DNA of 64,000 bases from Candidatus Eisenbergiella intestinipullorum (lineage in GTDB: Bacteria > Bacillota > Clostridia > Lachnospirales > Lachnospiraceae): contig DWWH01000006.1 of assembly GCA_019119815.1 (NCBI GenBank), forward strand, positions 130-64,129, read 5' to 3'. Made by a program: the position numbers and the translations under genes. Under the pieces are notes generated by a model. It was not told where the DNA came from, did no database searches, and worked only from the letters and a program-made list of their open reading frames with translations. Shown here in pieces: positions 35,633 through 45,128 of this stretch (within the stretch, counting starts at the first letter, position 1; each line of letters opens with the position of its first letter).

Positions 35633-36623
35633 CGTCTCCTCCGGCCAAAGCGCTTCCGGTCTTCGGCTTTTCTTCCCCGTCCAGCTGCCTTTCAATATGT
35701 AAAGACAGGTTGTTGATCACATCGTAGGCGGTCCCAAGCATGGTGCAGCCCGCCGCGCGGGCGTGTCCGCCTCCTCCGAAATAGGATGCGATGGCCGCCA
35801 CATCCACCTTCTGCGTGGAACGCAGGCTCACCTTGTATTCCTGCCCTCTCGTCTCGTACAGGAAAATGGCACATTCCACCCCCTTGATGCTGCGCAGCTG
35901 ACTCACGATCCCTTCCAGATCCTGCGGCCCCACTCCGTAAAAATCCAGGGTTTTGCGGCTCAGCACGCTGACCACGCAGCGGCCGTCCATGAAACGGATG
36001 CTTTCCAGAAGCGCCCGTCCCAGTATCTGCGTCTGCAGATATGTTTTTTCATAAAAGGTCTCTTCGATCAGACGGCTGAAATCAAAGCCGTAGGAGATCA
36101 GCTCCGCCGCGGCCCTGAGCGTCTCCGGGCCGGTACAGGAATACTGAAAGCAGCCCGTATCATGTACCATTCCCAGATACAGCGCCTTGGCGATTTCCCC
36201 ATCCAGCGGTCTTCCCGCAGTCAGACGGTACACCAGCTCGCTGGTGGAGCTGGCCTGCGGGTCCACATAGTTCACGTCCCCGCAGCCCCTTGCGTTGCTG
36301 ATATGGTGATCGATATTGATCCGCTTTCCTGCCGCTTCAAAATAGGCCTGCGCCTCTCCCAGCCTGTCGGCCGCAGCATCCAGAGCGAAAAAAACGTCAA
36401 ATTTCTTCTGTTCGCCGTAGGTGCTGTCCACGTCCTCAATACCGCTGAGACAGCGGTAAATTTCCGCGGGTTTTTCCAGGAATACCCGGATCTGTGTCTG
36501 CGGAAGTTCTTTTTTCAGATACAGGTACAGCCCCATGCAGGAGCCGATGCAGTCCCCGTCCGGGCGGATATGCCCGCTGATGCCGATCCTTTCCGCTCCT
36601 TTACATTCTTCCAGAAGATTCAT
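35604..36623 (-). CDS. nrnA: DHH/DHHA1 phosphoesterase (NrnA-type oligoribonuclease / pAp phosphatase)
   Basis: GHIRPDGDCIGS, DHH (IDHHISN), and GGGH (FGGGGHARAAG) motifs. Confidence 0.85.
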   Translation of the reverse strand: MNLLEECKGAERIGISGHIRPDGDCIGSCMGLYLYLKKELPQTQIRVFLEKPAEIYRCLSGIEDVDSTYGEQKKFDVFFALDAAADRLGEAQAYFEAAGKRINIDHHISNARGCGDVNYVDPQASSTSELVYRLTAGRPLDGEIAKALYLGMVHDTGCFQYSCTGPETLRAAAELISYGFDFSRLIEETFYEKTYLQTQILGRALLESIRFMDGRCVVSVLSRKTLDFYGVGPQDLEGIVSQLRSIKGVECAIFLYETRGQEYKVSLRSTQKVDVAAIASYFGGGGHARAAGCTMLGTAYDVINNLSLHIERQLDGEEKPKTGSALAGGDDEERRAECI

Positions 36624-36629
36624 AGACGT

Positions 36630-37013
36630 TCATTCCTCCTCTCTGTGCTCTTTTTCCATTACCTCATCGATCTTGTGCGACATGTTCACGCCGTACGCGA
36701 TGGACTGATCCATCACAAAGGTGATCTCCGGCGTGATGCGCAGATTGATCTCCTTCGCCAGACGGCTTTTGAGGAAGCCCTCGGCGCTCTTCAGACCTGC
36801 CAGCGTATCCGCCTGAGCCTTTTCGTCACCCAGCACGCTGATCCATGCCCGGCAGGTCTTTAAATCCGGTGCGACCTCCACCGCCACCACGGAGGTGAGA
36901 GGCGCGATCCTGGGATCTTTGATCTCCCCGCGGATCGTTTCCGCAAGCACCTGCTGTACCTGGGCGTTGATCCGGGTATTTTTAATGCTGTTTTTTCTCA
37001 TATTATTCCTCAT
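36630..37013 (-). CDS. rbfA: Ribosome-binding factor A
   Basis: ..RINAQVQQVLAETIRGEIKDPRI..LTSVVAVEVAPDLKTCRAWISV.. Downstream of infB. Confidence 0.9.
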   Translation of the reverse strand: MRNNMRKNSIKNTRINAQVQQVLAETIRGEIKDPRIAPLTSVVAVEVAPDLKTCRAWISVLGDEKAQADTLAGLKSAEGFLKSRLAKEINLRITPEITFVMDQSIAYGVNMSHKIDEVMEKEHREEE

Positions 37014-37148
37014 TCCGGAGCGCAGCCTGAGGGCAATCTGTGACGCTCCGGCACATCATTGCAGCAAAGCTTCGCTTTGCTGTGAAAAATAAGCCACTGT
37101 ACTTATTTTTCACACTACCGTTCCGCCTTTCCGGAGAAGCCGGAAGCC

Positions 37149-40100
37149 TTACCTGGGTACCTCCACCATGATATAGGCCTCCACAATGTCGCCTTCCTGA
37201 ATCTGGTCGAAGCCTTCAAATACAAGGCCGCATTCAAATCCTGCACGGACCTCCTTCACATCATCCTTAAAGCGCTTCAGGCTCGCCAGCTTTCCTTCAT
37301 AAATCTGATCACCGTCTCTGGTGATGCGGACCTTGCAGTCACGCTGGAATTCTCCGTCCAGCACATAGGAGCCCGCAATATTTCCGATCGCGGACGCGCG
37401 GAAAATCTGGCGGATCTCCGCATGGCCGATGACCTTTTCCTCAAAGATGGGATCCAGCATGCCCTTCATGGCCGCCTCAATATCCTCAATCGCCTGATAA
37501 ATCACCTTATACAGACGAATATCCACGCCTTCCCGCTCTGCGGTCGCCTTGGCCGTCGCGTCAGGCCGTACGTTGAAGCCGATGATGATGGCGTTGGAGG
37601 TGGCTGCCAGGGTCACATCGGATTCGTTGATGGCGCCCACGCCGCCGTGGATGCACTTCACGACTACTTCCTCGTTGGACAGCTTCAGAAGGCTCTGTCT
37701 GACCGCCTCCACGCTTCCCTGTACATCCGCCTTGATGATCAGGTTCAGCTCCTTCAGCTTGCCCTCCTGGATCTGGTTGAACAGATCGTCTAGGGACATT
37801 TTGCTCCTGGTCTCCTCCAGCTTCTTTTCCTTGTTCTGCGCGATGAAGGTCTCCGCGTAGTTTCTGGCTTCCTTATCGTTTTCATGGGCGAGGAACACCT
37901 CTCCGGCTCCCGGCACATCGGAAAGTCCCAGGATCTCCACCGGCATGGAGGGACCCGCCTCCTTCACTCTTCTTCCCTTGTCGTCGATCATGGCGCGCAC
38001 CTTGCCGTGGCTTGCGCCCGCGGAAATGAAGTCCCCCACATGCAGGGTTCCCTTCTGCACCAGAACGGTGGCCACGGGTCCGCGTCCCTTATCCAGCTGC
38101 GCTTCGATCACCAGGCCCCTCGCCTTCCGGTTCGGGTTGGCCTTCAGCTCCAGGATCTCCGCCGTCAGCAGGATCATTTCCAGCAGCTGGCTGATACCCT
38201 CTCCGGTCTTGGCGGACACGGGAGCGAATACGGTGCTTCCTCCCCATTCCTCCGGAATGAGCTCATATTCCGCAAGCTCCTGCTTCACGCGGTCAATATT
38301 GGCGTTGGGCTTATCGATCTTGTTCACCGCAACGATGATCTCGATCCCCGCGGCCTTCGCATGGCTGATGGCCTCCACGGTCTGCGGCATCACGCCGTCG
38401 TCCGCCGCCACCACCAGAACCGCAATATCCGTAGCGTTCGCGCCCCTCATACGCATGGCCGTAAACGCCTCATGGCCCGGTGTATCCAGGAAGGTGATCG
38501 TCTGTCCGTTGATCTGAACGGTATAGGCGCCGATGTGCTGAGTGATGCCGCCGGCCTCCTTATCCGTCACATTGGTCTTACGGATGGCATCCAGAAGGGA
38601 GGTCTTACCGTGGTCAACGTGTCCCATGACGCAGATAACGGGCGGTCTGGGGACCATATCCTCCTCATTCTCCTCATCTTCCTTCAGGAGCTCTTCGATC
38701 ACATCGACCTTGACCTCCTTCTCGCAGATGATGTCGTATTCAATGGCAATGCTCTCCGCCTCCTCATAGGAAATCTCCTGATTCAGCGTCACGATCTTGC
38801 CTTCCATGAACAGCTTCTTGATGATTCCCGCAGCGGGAACCTTCATCTTATCAGCCAGATCCTTGATGGTGATGTTCTCCGGAAGGGTGATGACCTTGAT
38901 CTGCTCCTCCTCGGGCGCCGCCTTCACGGGTTCGGGCTTGATGAAGCGGCCCGGCTTATTCTTCAGCCTGCTCTTCGATTCGTCCTCTTCGTAGATATGG
39001 TCCTTCTTCGAACGTTTGTCTCTCTCCTGACTGTTGCGGCGCTTTTCTTCCTCTTTGCGCTTCTCATTTTCCTTGATGGGAGCCTCCGCAGCAAAGCCCT
39101 TGCCCGGAGCCGGACGACGGGATCGATTGTCCTGCCTTCCTCCCGCGCCCTGCGCACGGTCGCCGTTAGCACGCTCACCGTTCGAGCCAGGTCTTGCCCC
39201 GCCCGCACGGCCGCCAAAGCCCTGCGCGCTCCTCTGAGGAGCACCGGAACGGCTGCCAGAGCCGGAACGATTCTGACCATCCGCGCTTCTTGCGCCTCTT
39301 GCGCCCTGTCCGGAACGTCCGTCGCGGCCTTCTCTGCCGTCACGTCCGCCTCTGTCCTCACGGACCGTTCTCTGTCCCTGCGCATGTCTGTTCTCAGACT
39401 GCCTGCTCTCCGGCTGTCTGCCTTCCCCTCTTGCCGTCTGTGCTTTTTCCGCTCTTTCATTTCCGGCACCTCTGTCCGCTCCGGCCAAAGCAGCCGCTTC
39501 ACGCTCTTTTGCGGCCTTTTCGGCGGCTGCTCTTTCCTCCATCGCCTTCTGCTCTCTGGCTGCTCTCTCTGCGGCCTCTCTGCGCCGCTTCTGCTCCTCC
39601 AGACGCTCATCCGGCATCTGAGGCTGGGACGGCTTCGTTAAAGGCTTGATCAGCCTGGGCTGCCCCACCAGGATCTTTCCGGAGGAACGGCCCTGCGTGC
39701 GGCCCTCATTCCTGCTTCCGGCCTGCGCCGCACCCTGGCGGCCTGCGCCGCTCTTTCCTGCGCCGTTTCCTCCTGCCTGTCTGGATGCGCCCGCCGCCTG
39801 TCTGCCGCCCTGCTGCCCCTTCTGAGACTGCATCTTGCTGTTGTGCGGGTTGCTCACAAAAATGATATTCTTCTTCTTTTTCACAGGAGCCTGGGACGCC
39901 TGTGCTCCCGCCGCGGGATCGGCATGCTTCTGCGCTCCCGCCGTCTCTTTCTGCACTTCCTTCTGAATGTCCTTCTTTTCAGGCATATCGCCCATCTTCA
40001 TCTCTCCCTCTGTCACTATCCGCTTTTCTCCTTCGCTCTTGCCAAAATGGTTTCTCACTGTCCGTACTGCTTCATCCTCTATGGAACTCTGGGCTGCTTT

Positions 40101-40193
40101 CGCTTCCACCCCTTCCTTCTGCAGAAATGAAATGATGTCCCTGCTCTGTACGCCAAGCTCCTTCGCCAGATCAAAAATTTTTGTCTTCGCCAT
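37149..40193 (-). CDS. infB: Translation initiation factor IF-2
   Basis: [15 protein letters not shown].., long Arg/Gly/Ala/Glu-rich N-terminal region, GTPase [26 protein letters not shown]. Confidence 0.97.
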   Translation of the reverse strand: MAKTKIFDLAKELGVQSRDIISFLQKEGVEAKAAQSSIEDEAVRTVRNHFGKSEGEKRIVTEGEMKMGDMPEKKDIQKEVQKETAGAQKHADPAAGAQASQAPVKKKKNIIFVSNPHNSKMQSQKGQQGGRQAAGASRQAGGNGAGKSGAGRQGAAQAGSRNEGRTQGRSSGKILVGQPRLIKPLTKPSQPQMPDERLEEQKRRREAAERAAREQKAMEERAAAEKAAKEREAAALAGADRGAGNERAEKAQTARGEGRQPESRQSENRHAQGQRTVREDRGGRDGREGRDGRSGQGARGARSADGQNRSGSGSRSGAPQRSAQGFGGRAGGARPGSNGERANGDRAQGAGGRQDNRSRRPAPGKGFAAEAPIKENEKRKEEEKRRNSQERDKRSKKDHIYEEDESKSRLKNKPGRFIKPEPVKAAPEEEQIKVITLPENITIKDLADKMKVPAAGIIKKLFMEGKIVTLNQEISYEEAESIAIEYDIICEKEVKVDVIEELLKEDEENEEDMVPRPPVICVMGHVDHGKTSLLDAIRKTNVTDKEAGGITQHIGAYTVQINGQTITFLDTPGHEAFTAMRMRGANATDIAVLVVAADDGVMPQTVEAISHAKAAGIEIIVAVNKIDKPNANIDRVKQELAEYELIPEEWGGSTVFAPVSAKTGEGISQLLEMILLTAEILELKANPNRKARGLVIEAQLDKGRGPVATVLVQKGTLHVGDFISAGASHGKVRAMIDDKGRRVKEAGPSMPVEILGLSDVPGAGEVFLAHENDKEARNYAETFIAQNKEKKLEETRSKMSLDDLFNQIQEGKLKELNLIIKADVQGSVEAVRQSLLKLSNEEVVVKCIHGGVGAINESDVTLAATSNAIIIGFNVRPDATAKATAEREGVDIRLYKVIYQAIEDIEAAMKGMLDPIFEEKVIGHAEIRQIFRASAIGNIAGSYVLDGEFQRDCKVRITRDGDQIYEGKLASLKRFKDDVKEVRAGFECGLVFEGFDQIQEGDIVEAYIMVEVPR

Positions 40194-40205
40194 GCTGTGC
40201 CTCCT

Positions 40206-40547
40206 TTACCCGGTTGCTTCCAACTTCCCGATCAGGTTTTTCGCAAAACCTTCATCCGTCACTGCCAGGGATGCTCTCATCTCCTTTCCCATCGCATGGC
40301 CCAGCTCCTCCTTCGTTCCGTAGAGGAAACAGGGAACATGATAGTATGCGCACATATTCAGGAAATTTTTTTTCGTGTTGTCGGAGGCGTCGCTACCCAC
40401 GATCACAAGTCTCGCCCTGCCTTCCTTCACCGACTTTTCCGTCATAAACTCGCCGCTCACAACGGCGGAAGCTCTGGTGGCAAGGCCGAGCAGGGAAAAA
40501 ATTTTATTCTGCTTCAAACTCCTCAAACTCCTTCTCCAGATGATCAT
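40206..40547 (-). CDS. ylxQ: L7Ae-family RNA-binding protein (YlxQ)
   Basis: KIFSLLGLATRA..VVSGE......K.G.A.LV...DAS.NT.K......C.YY.VP. The true start is probably a TTG a few codons inside the ORF, which overlaps the ylxR stop. Confidence 0.8.
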   Translation of the reverse strand: MIIWRRSLRSLKQNKIFSLLGLATRASAVVSGEFMTEKSVKEGRARLVIVGSDASDNTKKNFLNMCAYYHVPCFLYGTKEELGHAMGKEMRASLAVTDEGFAKNLIGKLEATG

Positions 40548-40776
40548 AGACCTCGTTTGGAATGCTCATTTTAAAAGAACGCTCCAGTCCTCTGTTCTTC
40601 TGCGCCTTTTTCAGGCAGTCCATCGACCTGCACAGATAAGCGCCTCTTCCGTTCTTCTTTCCTGTCATATCCAGCATGATCTCGCCCTCCGCCGTACGCA
40701 GGACGCGCATCATTTCCTTCTTGCCCTTCATCTGGCCGCAGCCGACACACTGTCTTAACGGAATCTTCTTATTCAT
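40504..40776 (-). CDS. ylxR: YlxR/DUF448 family RNA-binding protein
   Basis: 90 aa; PLRQCVGCGQMKGKKEMMRV...GRGAYLC motif. Between nusA and ylxQ. Confidence 0.85.
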   Translation of the reverse strand: MNKKIPLRQCVGCGQMKGKKEMMRVLRTAEGEIMLDMTGKKNGRGAYLCRSMDCLKKAQKNRGLERSFKMSIPNEVYDHLEKEFEEFEAE

Positions 40777-40815
40777 CCAGCACCACGCCCTTCCTTCCGG
40801 CCATGCCGGAACCGG

Positions 40816-42150
40816 TCATTCTGTCTCTGCGCCGTCCGTCTCTTCCGCGCCGGTTCCTTCTGCCTCGGTCCCTTCCGCGTCTGTTTCGTCTGTGTACTCC
40901 TCCGCCTCGTCCGTTTCTTCTGCGGCGGTTTCTTCCGCATCCGTCATATCTTCTTCCTCATACGAAAGCGCTTCTCCGGCGGGCGCATCCTCTCCGGCAG
41001 GGAAATCTCCCCCTTCGGGAGCTTCTTCTTCATATTCGCCGTAATCTTCCTCGTATTCTTCATCCTCAAAGTCGTCCAGGTAGTCCTCGTAACGGAAGCC
41101 CGGAGCGTCCTTCGCCTGAGTCTCGCTCTTGATGTCGATCTTATAGCCGGTCAGCCTTGCCGCCAGTCTTGCGTTCTGGCCCTCCTTGCCGATGGCGAGA
41201 GAAAGCTGGTAATCGGGTACAACCACCTTCGCCGTCTTCTCATCCGGATCTGCGAACACCGCCACGATCTTGGCCGGAGACAGCGCGTTCTGGATCAGAT
41301 TGCCGGGGTTTTCATCCCAGTTGACGATGTCGATCTTCTCTCCGCGCAGCTCATCCACGATCGCGTTCACCCTGGCTCCGTTCATTCCCACGCACGCGCC
41401 CACCGCATCCACATTGGGATTGTTGGACCAGACTGCCATCTTGGTACGGCTTCCGGCCTCTCTGGCGATGCTCTTGATCTCCACCGTGCCGTCGCGGATC
41501 TCGGTCACTTCCGCCTCGAACAGCCTCTTGACCAGCTCCGGATGGGTCCGGCTCACCAGGATCCTCGGCCCCTTGGGCGTGTTCTTCACCTCCAGGATGT
41601 ATACCTTGATGCGTTCCGTGGGGCGGAACACTTCGCCCTTCACCTGTTCGCTCTCGTTCAGGAGCGCATCCGCCTTGCCCAGGTTGATGCTGATGTTCCT
41701 TCCCACATAACGCTGCACCACGCCGGTAACAACGTCCTTTTCCTTTTCATAATACTGATTGAAAATGGCGCTTCTTTCTTCCTCGCGGATCTTCTGGAGG
41801 ATCACGTTCTTCGCGTTCTGGGTGGCGATGCGGCCGAACTCCTTGGACTTGATCTCCACGTGAATGATGTCGCCCACCTCAGCGCGCTTGGAGATCTCCC
41901 GCGCATCCTCCAGAGCGATCTGCAGACAGTCATCCTCCACATCCTCCTTGGTGGGAACGACCTCCTTTTCCGCATAGACCAGGAAATCGCAGGTTTCCCT
42001 GTTGATCTCCACCTTCACATTGTCTGCTTTTCCGAAATGGTTCTTGCACGCGGTGAGCAGGGAAGTCTCAATGGCATCGAAAAGGGTGTCCTTGCTGATC
42101 TCCTTCTCCTTTTCCAAAATGTCCAGCGCTTCCATTAATTCCTTATTCAT
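40816..42150 (-). CDS. nusA: Transcription termination/antitermination factor NusA with acidic C-terminal tail
   Basis: MNKELMEALDILEKEK.., S1 and two KH domains (..AVGACVGMNGARV.., ..LAIGKEGQNARLAA..). About 90-aa Asp/Glu-rich tail. ATG 42150 is preceded by AAGGAGG. Confidence 0.95.
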   Translation of the reverse strand: MNKELMEALDILEKEKEISKDTLFDAIETSLLTACKNHFGKADNVKVEINRETCDFLVYAEKEVVPTKEDVEDDCLQIALEDAREISKRAEVGDIIHVEIKSKEFGRIATQNAKNVILQKIREEERSAIFNQYYEKEKDVVTGVVQRYVGRNISINLGKADALLNESEQVKGEVFRPTERIKVYILEVKNTPKGPRILVSRTHPELVKRLFEAEVTEIRDGTVEIKSIAREAGSRTKMAVWSNNPNVDAVGACVGMNGARVNAIVDELRGEKIDIVNWDENPGNLIQNALSPAKIVAVFADPDEKTAKVVVPDYQLSLAIGKEGQNARLAARLTGYKIDIKSETQAKDAPGFRYEDYLDDFEDEEYEEDYGEYEEEAPEGGDFPAGEDAPAGEALSYEEEDMTDAEETAAEETDEAEEYTDETDAEGTEAEGTGAEETDGAETE

Positions 42151-42160
42151 GATTACCTCC

Positions 42161-42625
42161 TTAAAAATCCAGTGCAAGCCTGATCAGCGCGATGTCCTGC
42201 CTTGCAAATTTCTTTTCCTCATCCTGCGTTTCTATCGTGACGGAATCTTTATCATACGCCTTCAGGATCCCCTCAAATTCCTTCTGCTTTTCCTGCGGGC
42301 GGTACAGCCGCAGCTGTACGGCTTCCCCCAGGCTCTTCTCCAGATGCCGGTCCTTTTTCAACGTTCTTCCCAGCCCGGGGCTGCTCACCTCGAGGGTGTA
42401 TGCCTCTTCGATGAAATCCTCCTCATCCAGCCGGTCGGACAGCTTCCTGCTCACATTCTCACAGTCCTGAATGTTCACGCCGCCCTCCTTGTCAATGTAG
42501 GCGCGCAGGTACCACTCCCCGCCTTCCTTCACATATTCCACGTCGTAGATCTCCACGCCGTTTTCCTGCGCGATCGGAAGCAGGATCTCCTCCGTGCGCG
42601 CTTCGATTTCCTTTCCCTTCGGCAT
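42161..42625 (-). CDS. rimP: Ribosome maturation factor RimP
   Basis: 154 aa; ..LRAYIDKEGGVNIQDCENVSRKLSDRLDEED.I...Y.LEVSSPGL.R.L. Confidence 0.9.
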   Translation of the reverse strand: MPKGKEIEARTEEILLPIAQENGVEIYDVEYVKEGGEWYLRAYIDKEGGVNIQDCENVSRKLSDRLDEEDFIEEAYTLEVSSPGLGRTLKKDRHLEKSLGEAVQLRLYRPQEKQKEFEGILKAYDKDSVTIETQDEEKKFARQDIALIRLALDF

Positions 42626-42671
42626 CTGTTCACCAGTTCCTTTCCCTCCGGTCTCCCGGACTTTCCTCTGC

Positions 42672-42702
42672 CAAAAATAAGAGTGGGCGAAACGCCCACT
42701 CT
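42672..42702 (-). terminator. Intrinsic terminator/attenuator in the rimP-nusA leader
   Basis: Minus strand: AGAGTGGGCG-TTT-CGCCCACTCT followed by TATTTTTGG. It lies between the promoter-like element at 42731-42759 and the rimP ATG (42625). Confidence 0.6.
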
Positions 42703-42730
42703 AGTCTGATAATCCTATTAACCATAACCC

Positions 42731-42759
42731 AGTATAGCACCAATCCCCCGGAAACGCAA
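42731..42759 (-). promoter_or_regulatory. Sigma-A-like promoter upstream of rimP-nusA
   Basis: Minus strand: TTGCGT-17 nt-TATACT, beginning 10 nt after the marR stop. Confidence 0.5.
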
Positions 42760-42768
42760 GAGATTTTC

Positions 42769-43191
42769 TTAAACTCCTTCCAGATTACGGATGATCCTGC
42801 GTGCGCAGGAAAGAAACGCCTCCATTTCCTCTTCTCCGATCCCTTCCCAGATCTTCTGATCCATGCGGCAGAAGTTCTCGTGAACCTCCCCGGCCTTTTT
42901 TCTTCCCTCCTCTGTCAGAACGATGAGAAAAGACCTGCGGCAGTCCGGATGCTTCTGCCGGATCACATATCCGGCCTCCTCCAGCTTATCAAGGCTCCTG
43001 GAGAGCGTTGCCACATCCATGTTGCAGCGGTCCGCCAGCTCTCTCTGGCTCACGTGGTCCTCTTCATACAGCTTGTTCAGGATGCGGGGCTGCCCCGGCG
43101 TCAGGCCGAGCTTCTGAAAATACGGATGGAGGATCCTTTTTCTGGCCGCCTCCATCCGGAGCATTGCTTCTCTGATCTCTTTTTTCTCCAT
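42769..43191 (-). CDS. MarR family transcriptional regulator
   Basis: ..LGLTPGQPRILNKLYEEDHVSQRELADRCNMDVATLSRSLDKLEEAGYVIR...DRR is a winged HTH. ATG 43191 was chosen; the ORF-track start is 38 codons upstream. Confidence 0.85.
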   Translation of the reverse strand: MEKKEIREAMLRMEAARKRILHPYFQKLGLTPGQPRILNKLYEEDHVSQRELADRCNMDVATLSRSLDKLEEAGYVIRQKHPDCRRSFLIVLTEEGRKKAGEVHENFCRMDQKIWEGIGEEEMEAFLSCARRIIRNLEGV

Positions 43192-43310
43192 GACAATCCC
43201 CCATTTCGGAGCGTGAACGACAGAACACAACGCCTGCCGGACGCGACGCTCCCGCGCGTCCGGCCAGCCGATGGGCCGCAGCAGGCCGGACGGCCTGCGC
43301 GGCATATTTT

Positions 43311-45128
43311 TTACTCCAGTTCAAACTGTCCGGTATACAGTTTGTAGTAGCGTCCCTTCTGACGCAGCAGTTCTTCATGGTCGCCGCGCTCGATCACCTC
43401 GCCCTTCTCCAGCACCATGATGGCCTTGGAATTGCGGACGGTGGAAAGACGGTGAGCGATGACGAACACAGTGCGCCCTTCCATCAGCTGATCCATTCCC
43501 TTCTCGATCAGGCGCTCGGTGCGGGTGTCGATGGAGCTGGTCGCCTCATCCAGGATCAGTACCGGCGGCCGGGAAATGGCTGCTCGGGCGATGGCGAGAA
43601 GCTGTCTCTGTCCCTGGGAAAGGTTGCTTCCGTCGCTGTGGAGCATGGTCCGGTAGCCGTCCGGCAGACGGCGGATGAAGGAATCCGCATTGGCGATACG
43701 GGCCGCCTGCCTCACCTCCTCATCCGTGGCATCCAGCCGGCCATAGCGGATGTTGTCCGCGATGGTTCCCGTAAACAGGTGGGTGTCCTGAATGACCATG
43801 GACAGGGAACGGCGCAGGTCGTCCTTTTTGATCCGGCGGATGTCCAGGCCGTCATAGGTGATGGTGCCGGACTGAATTTCATAAAAGCGGTTGATCAGAT
43901 TGATGATGGTGGTCTTTCCCGCTCCTGTGGAGCCCACAAAGGCGATCTTCTGGCCGGGCTTGGCGTACAGGCTGATGCCGTTCAATACCTTTTTCTCCGG
44001 CGTATAGCCGAATACCACATCATAAAAACGCACGTCTCCCTTCAGGGGCACCAGAGAAAAGCCTCCGTTCTTTGGCACCTTCCAGGACAGCGTCCCGTCC
44101 GCCGCTTCGGTCAGGGTCACGTCTCCTTCGTCCGGCTCCGGCTCCTCGTCCATCATCTCAAAGATGCGCTCCGCGCCGGACAGAGCCGCAAGCAGAAAGT
44201 TGACCTGCTGAGTGAACTGGTTCATGGGCATGGCGCTCTGGCGCACATAGACCAGATAGGAAGCCAGACTTCCCAGATCCATCAGGCCGGAAAGCACAAA
44301 CATGCCGCCCACACAGGCCGACACCGCATAGTTGAAATAAGAAAGGCTGACAATGGTGGGAACCATCATGCCCGCATAGGACATGGCTTTCGTCGCCGAC
44401 TGGCGCAGCGCCTCGTTCCTCCTGCAGAATTCCTCAAAATCCTTTTCCTCATGGTTGAAGATCTTCTCCACCTTCGCCCCGGCAACCATCTCTTCTACAA
44501 AGCCGTTGATGCTTCCCAGATATTTCTGCTGCTCGACAAAGTATTTCCGGCTCCTTTTTCCACTATACTGGATAAACAGGAACATGAGAAGCAGAAAAGC
44601 GATCACGATCAGAGACAGTCTGAGATTCAGGACCACCAGCATGATGATCGTGCCGCTCACCATGATAAAACTCTGAACCAGGAGGGTAAAGCTGTTGTTC
44701 AGCGCTTCGGTCAGGGTATCCACATCGTTGGTGAAACGGCTCATCAGCTCTCCATGGGTATGGGCGTCAAAATAGGAAAGAGGGAGCTTCTGCGTATGCG
44801 CAAACAGATCTCTGCGGATCCTTCCCACGATCTTCTGGCAAGTGATCACCATGAGCTGATTGTAGCCCAGCGTAGCAAGCGCGCCCGCGCCGTACATGAG
44901 CGCCATCAGGCCGATCACCCGCAGCAGTCCCGGGATGTCTCCGGGCAGGATAAAGGCATTGATGACAGGCTTGAGCATATAGGTTCCCATGATGTTCGCC
45001 AGGCTGCTGATGCAGACAAGAAGCGCCACCAGAAGGATCGACCACCGGTAAATCCCCATATAATGAAGCAGCCTCTTCATCGTCTTTGCGCTGTCCTTCG
45101 GCCTGGCATAACCGTTGTATCTCGCCAT
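43311..45128 (-). CDS. ABC transporter, fused permease/ATPase (exporter half-transporter)
   Basis: Six-TM exporter domain plus GSTGAGKTTI (Walker A), LSQGQRQLLAIARA (signature), and LILDEATSSID (Walker B). Confidence 0.9.
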   Translation of the reverse strand: MARYNGYARPKDSAKTMKRLLHYMGIYRWSILLVALLVCISSLANIMGTYMLKPVINAFILPGDIPGLLRVIGLMALMYGAGALATLGYNQLMVITCQKIVGRIRRDLFAHTQKLPLSYFDAHTHGELMSRFTNDVDTLTEALNNSFTLLVQSFIMVSGTIIMLVVLNLRLSLIVIAFLLLMFLFIQYSGKRSRKYFVEQQKYLGSINGFVEEMVAGAKVEKIFNHEEKDFEEFCRRNEALRQSATKAMSYAGMMVPTIVSLSYFNYAVSACVGGMFVLSGLMDLGSLASYLVYVRQSAMPMNQFTQQVNFLLAALSGAERIFEMMDEEPEPDEGDVTLTEAADGTLSWKVPKNGGFSLVPLKGDVRFYDVVFGYTPEKKVLNGISLYAKPGQKIAFVGSTGAGKTTIINLINRFYEIQSGTITYDGLDIRRIKKDDLRRSLSMVIQDTHLFTGTIADNIRYGRLDATDEEVRQAARIANADSFIRRLPDGYRTMLHSDGSNLSQGQRQLLAIARAAISRPPVLILDEATSSIDTRTERLIEKGMDQLMEGRTVFVIAHRLSTVRNSKAIMVLEKGEVIERGDHEELLRQKGRYYKLYTGQFELE

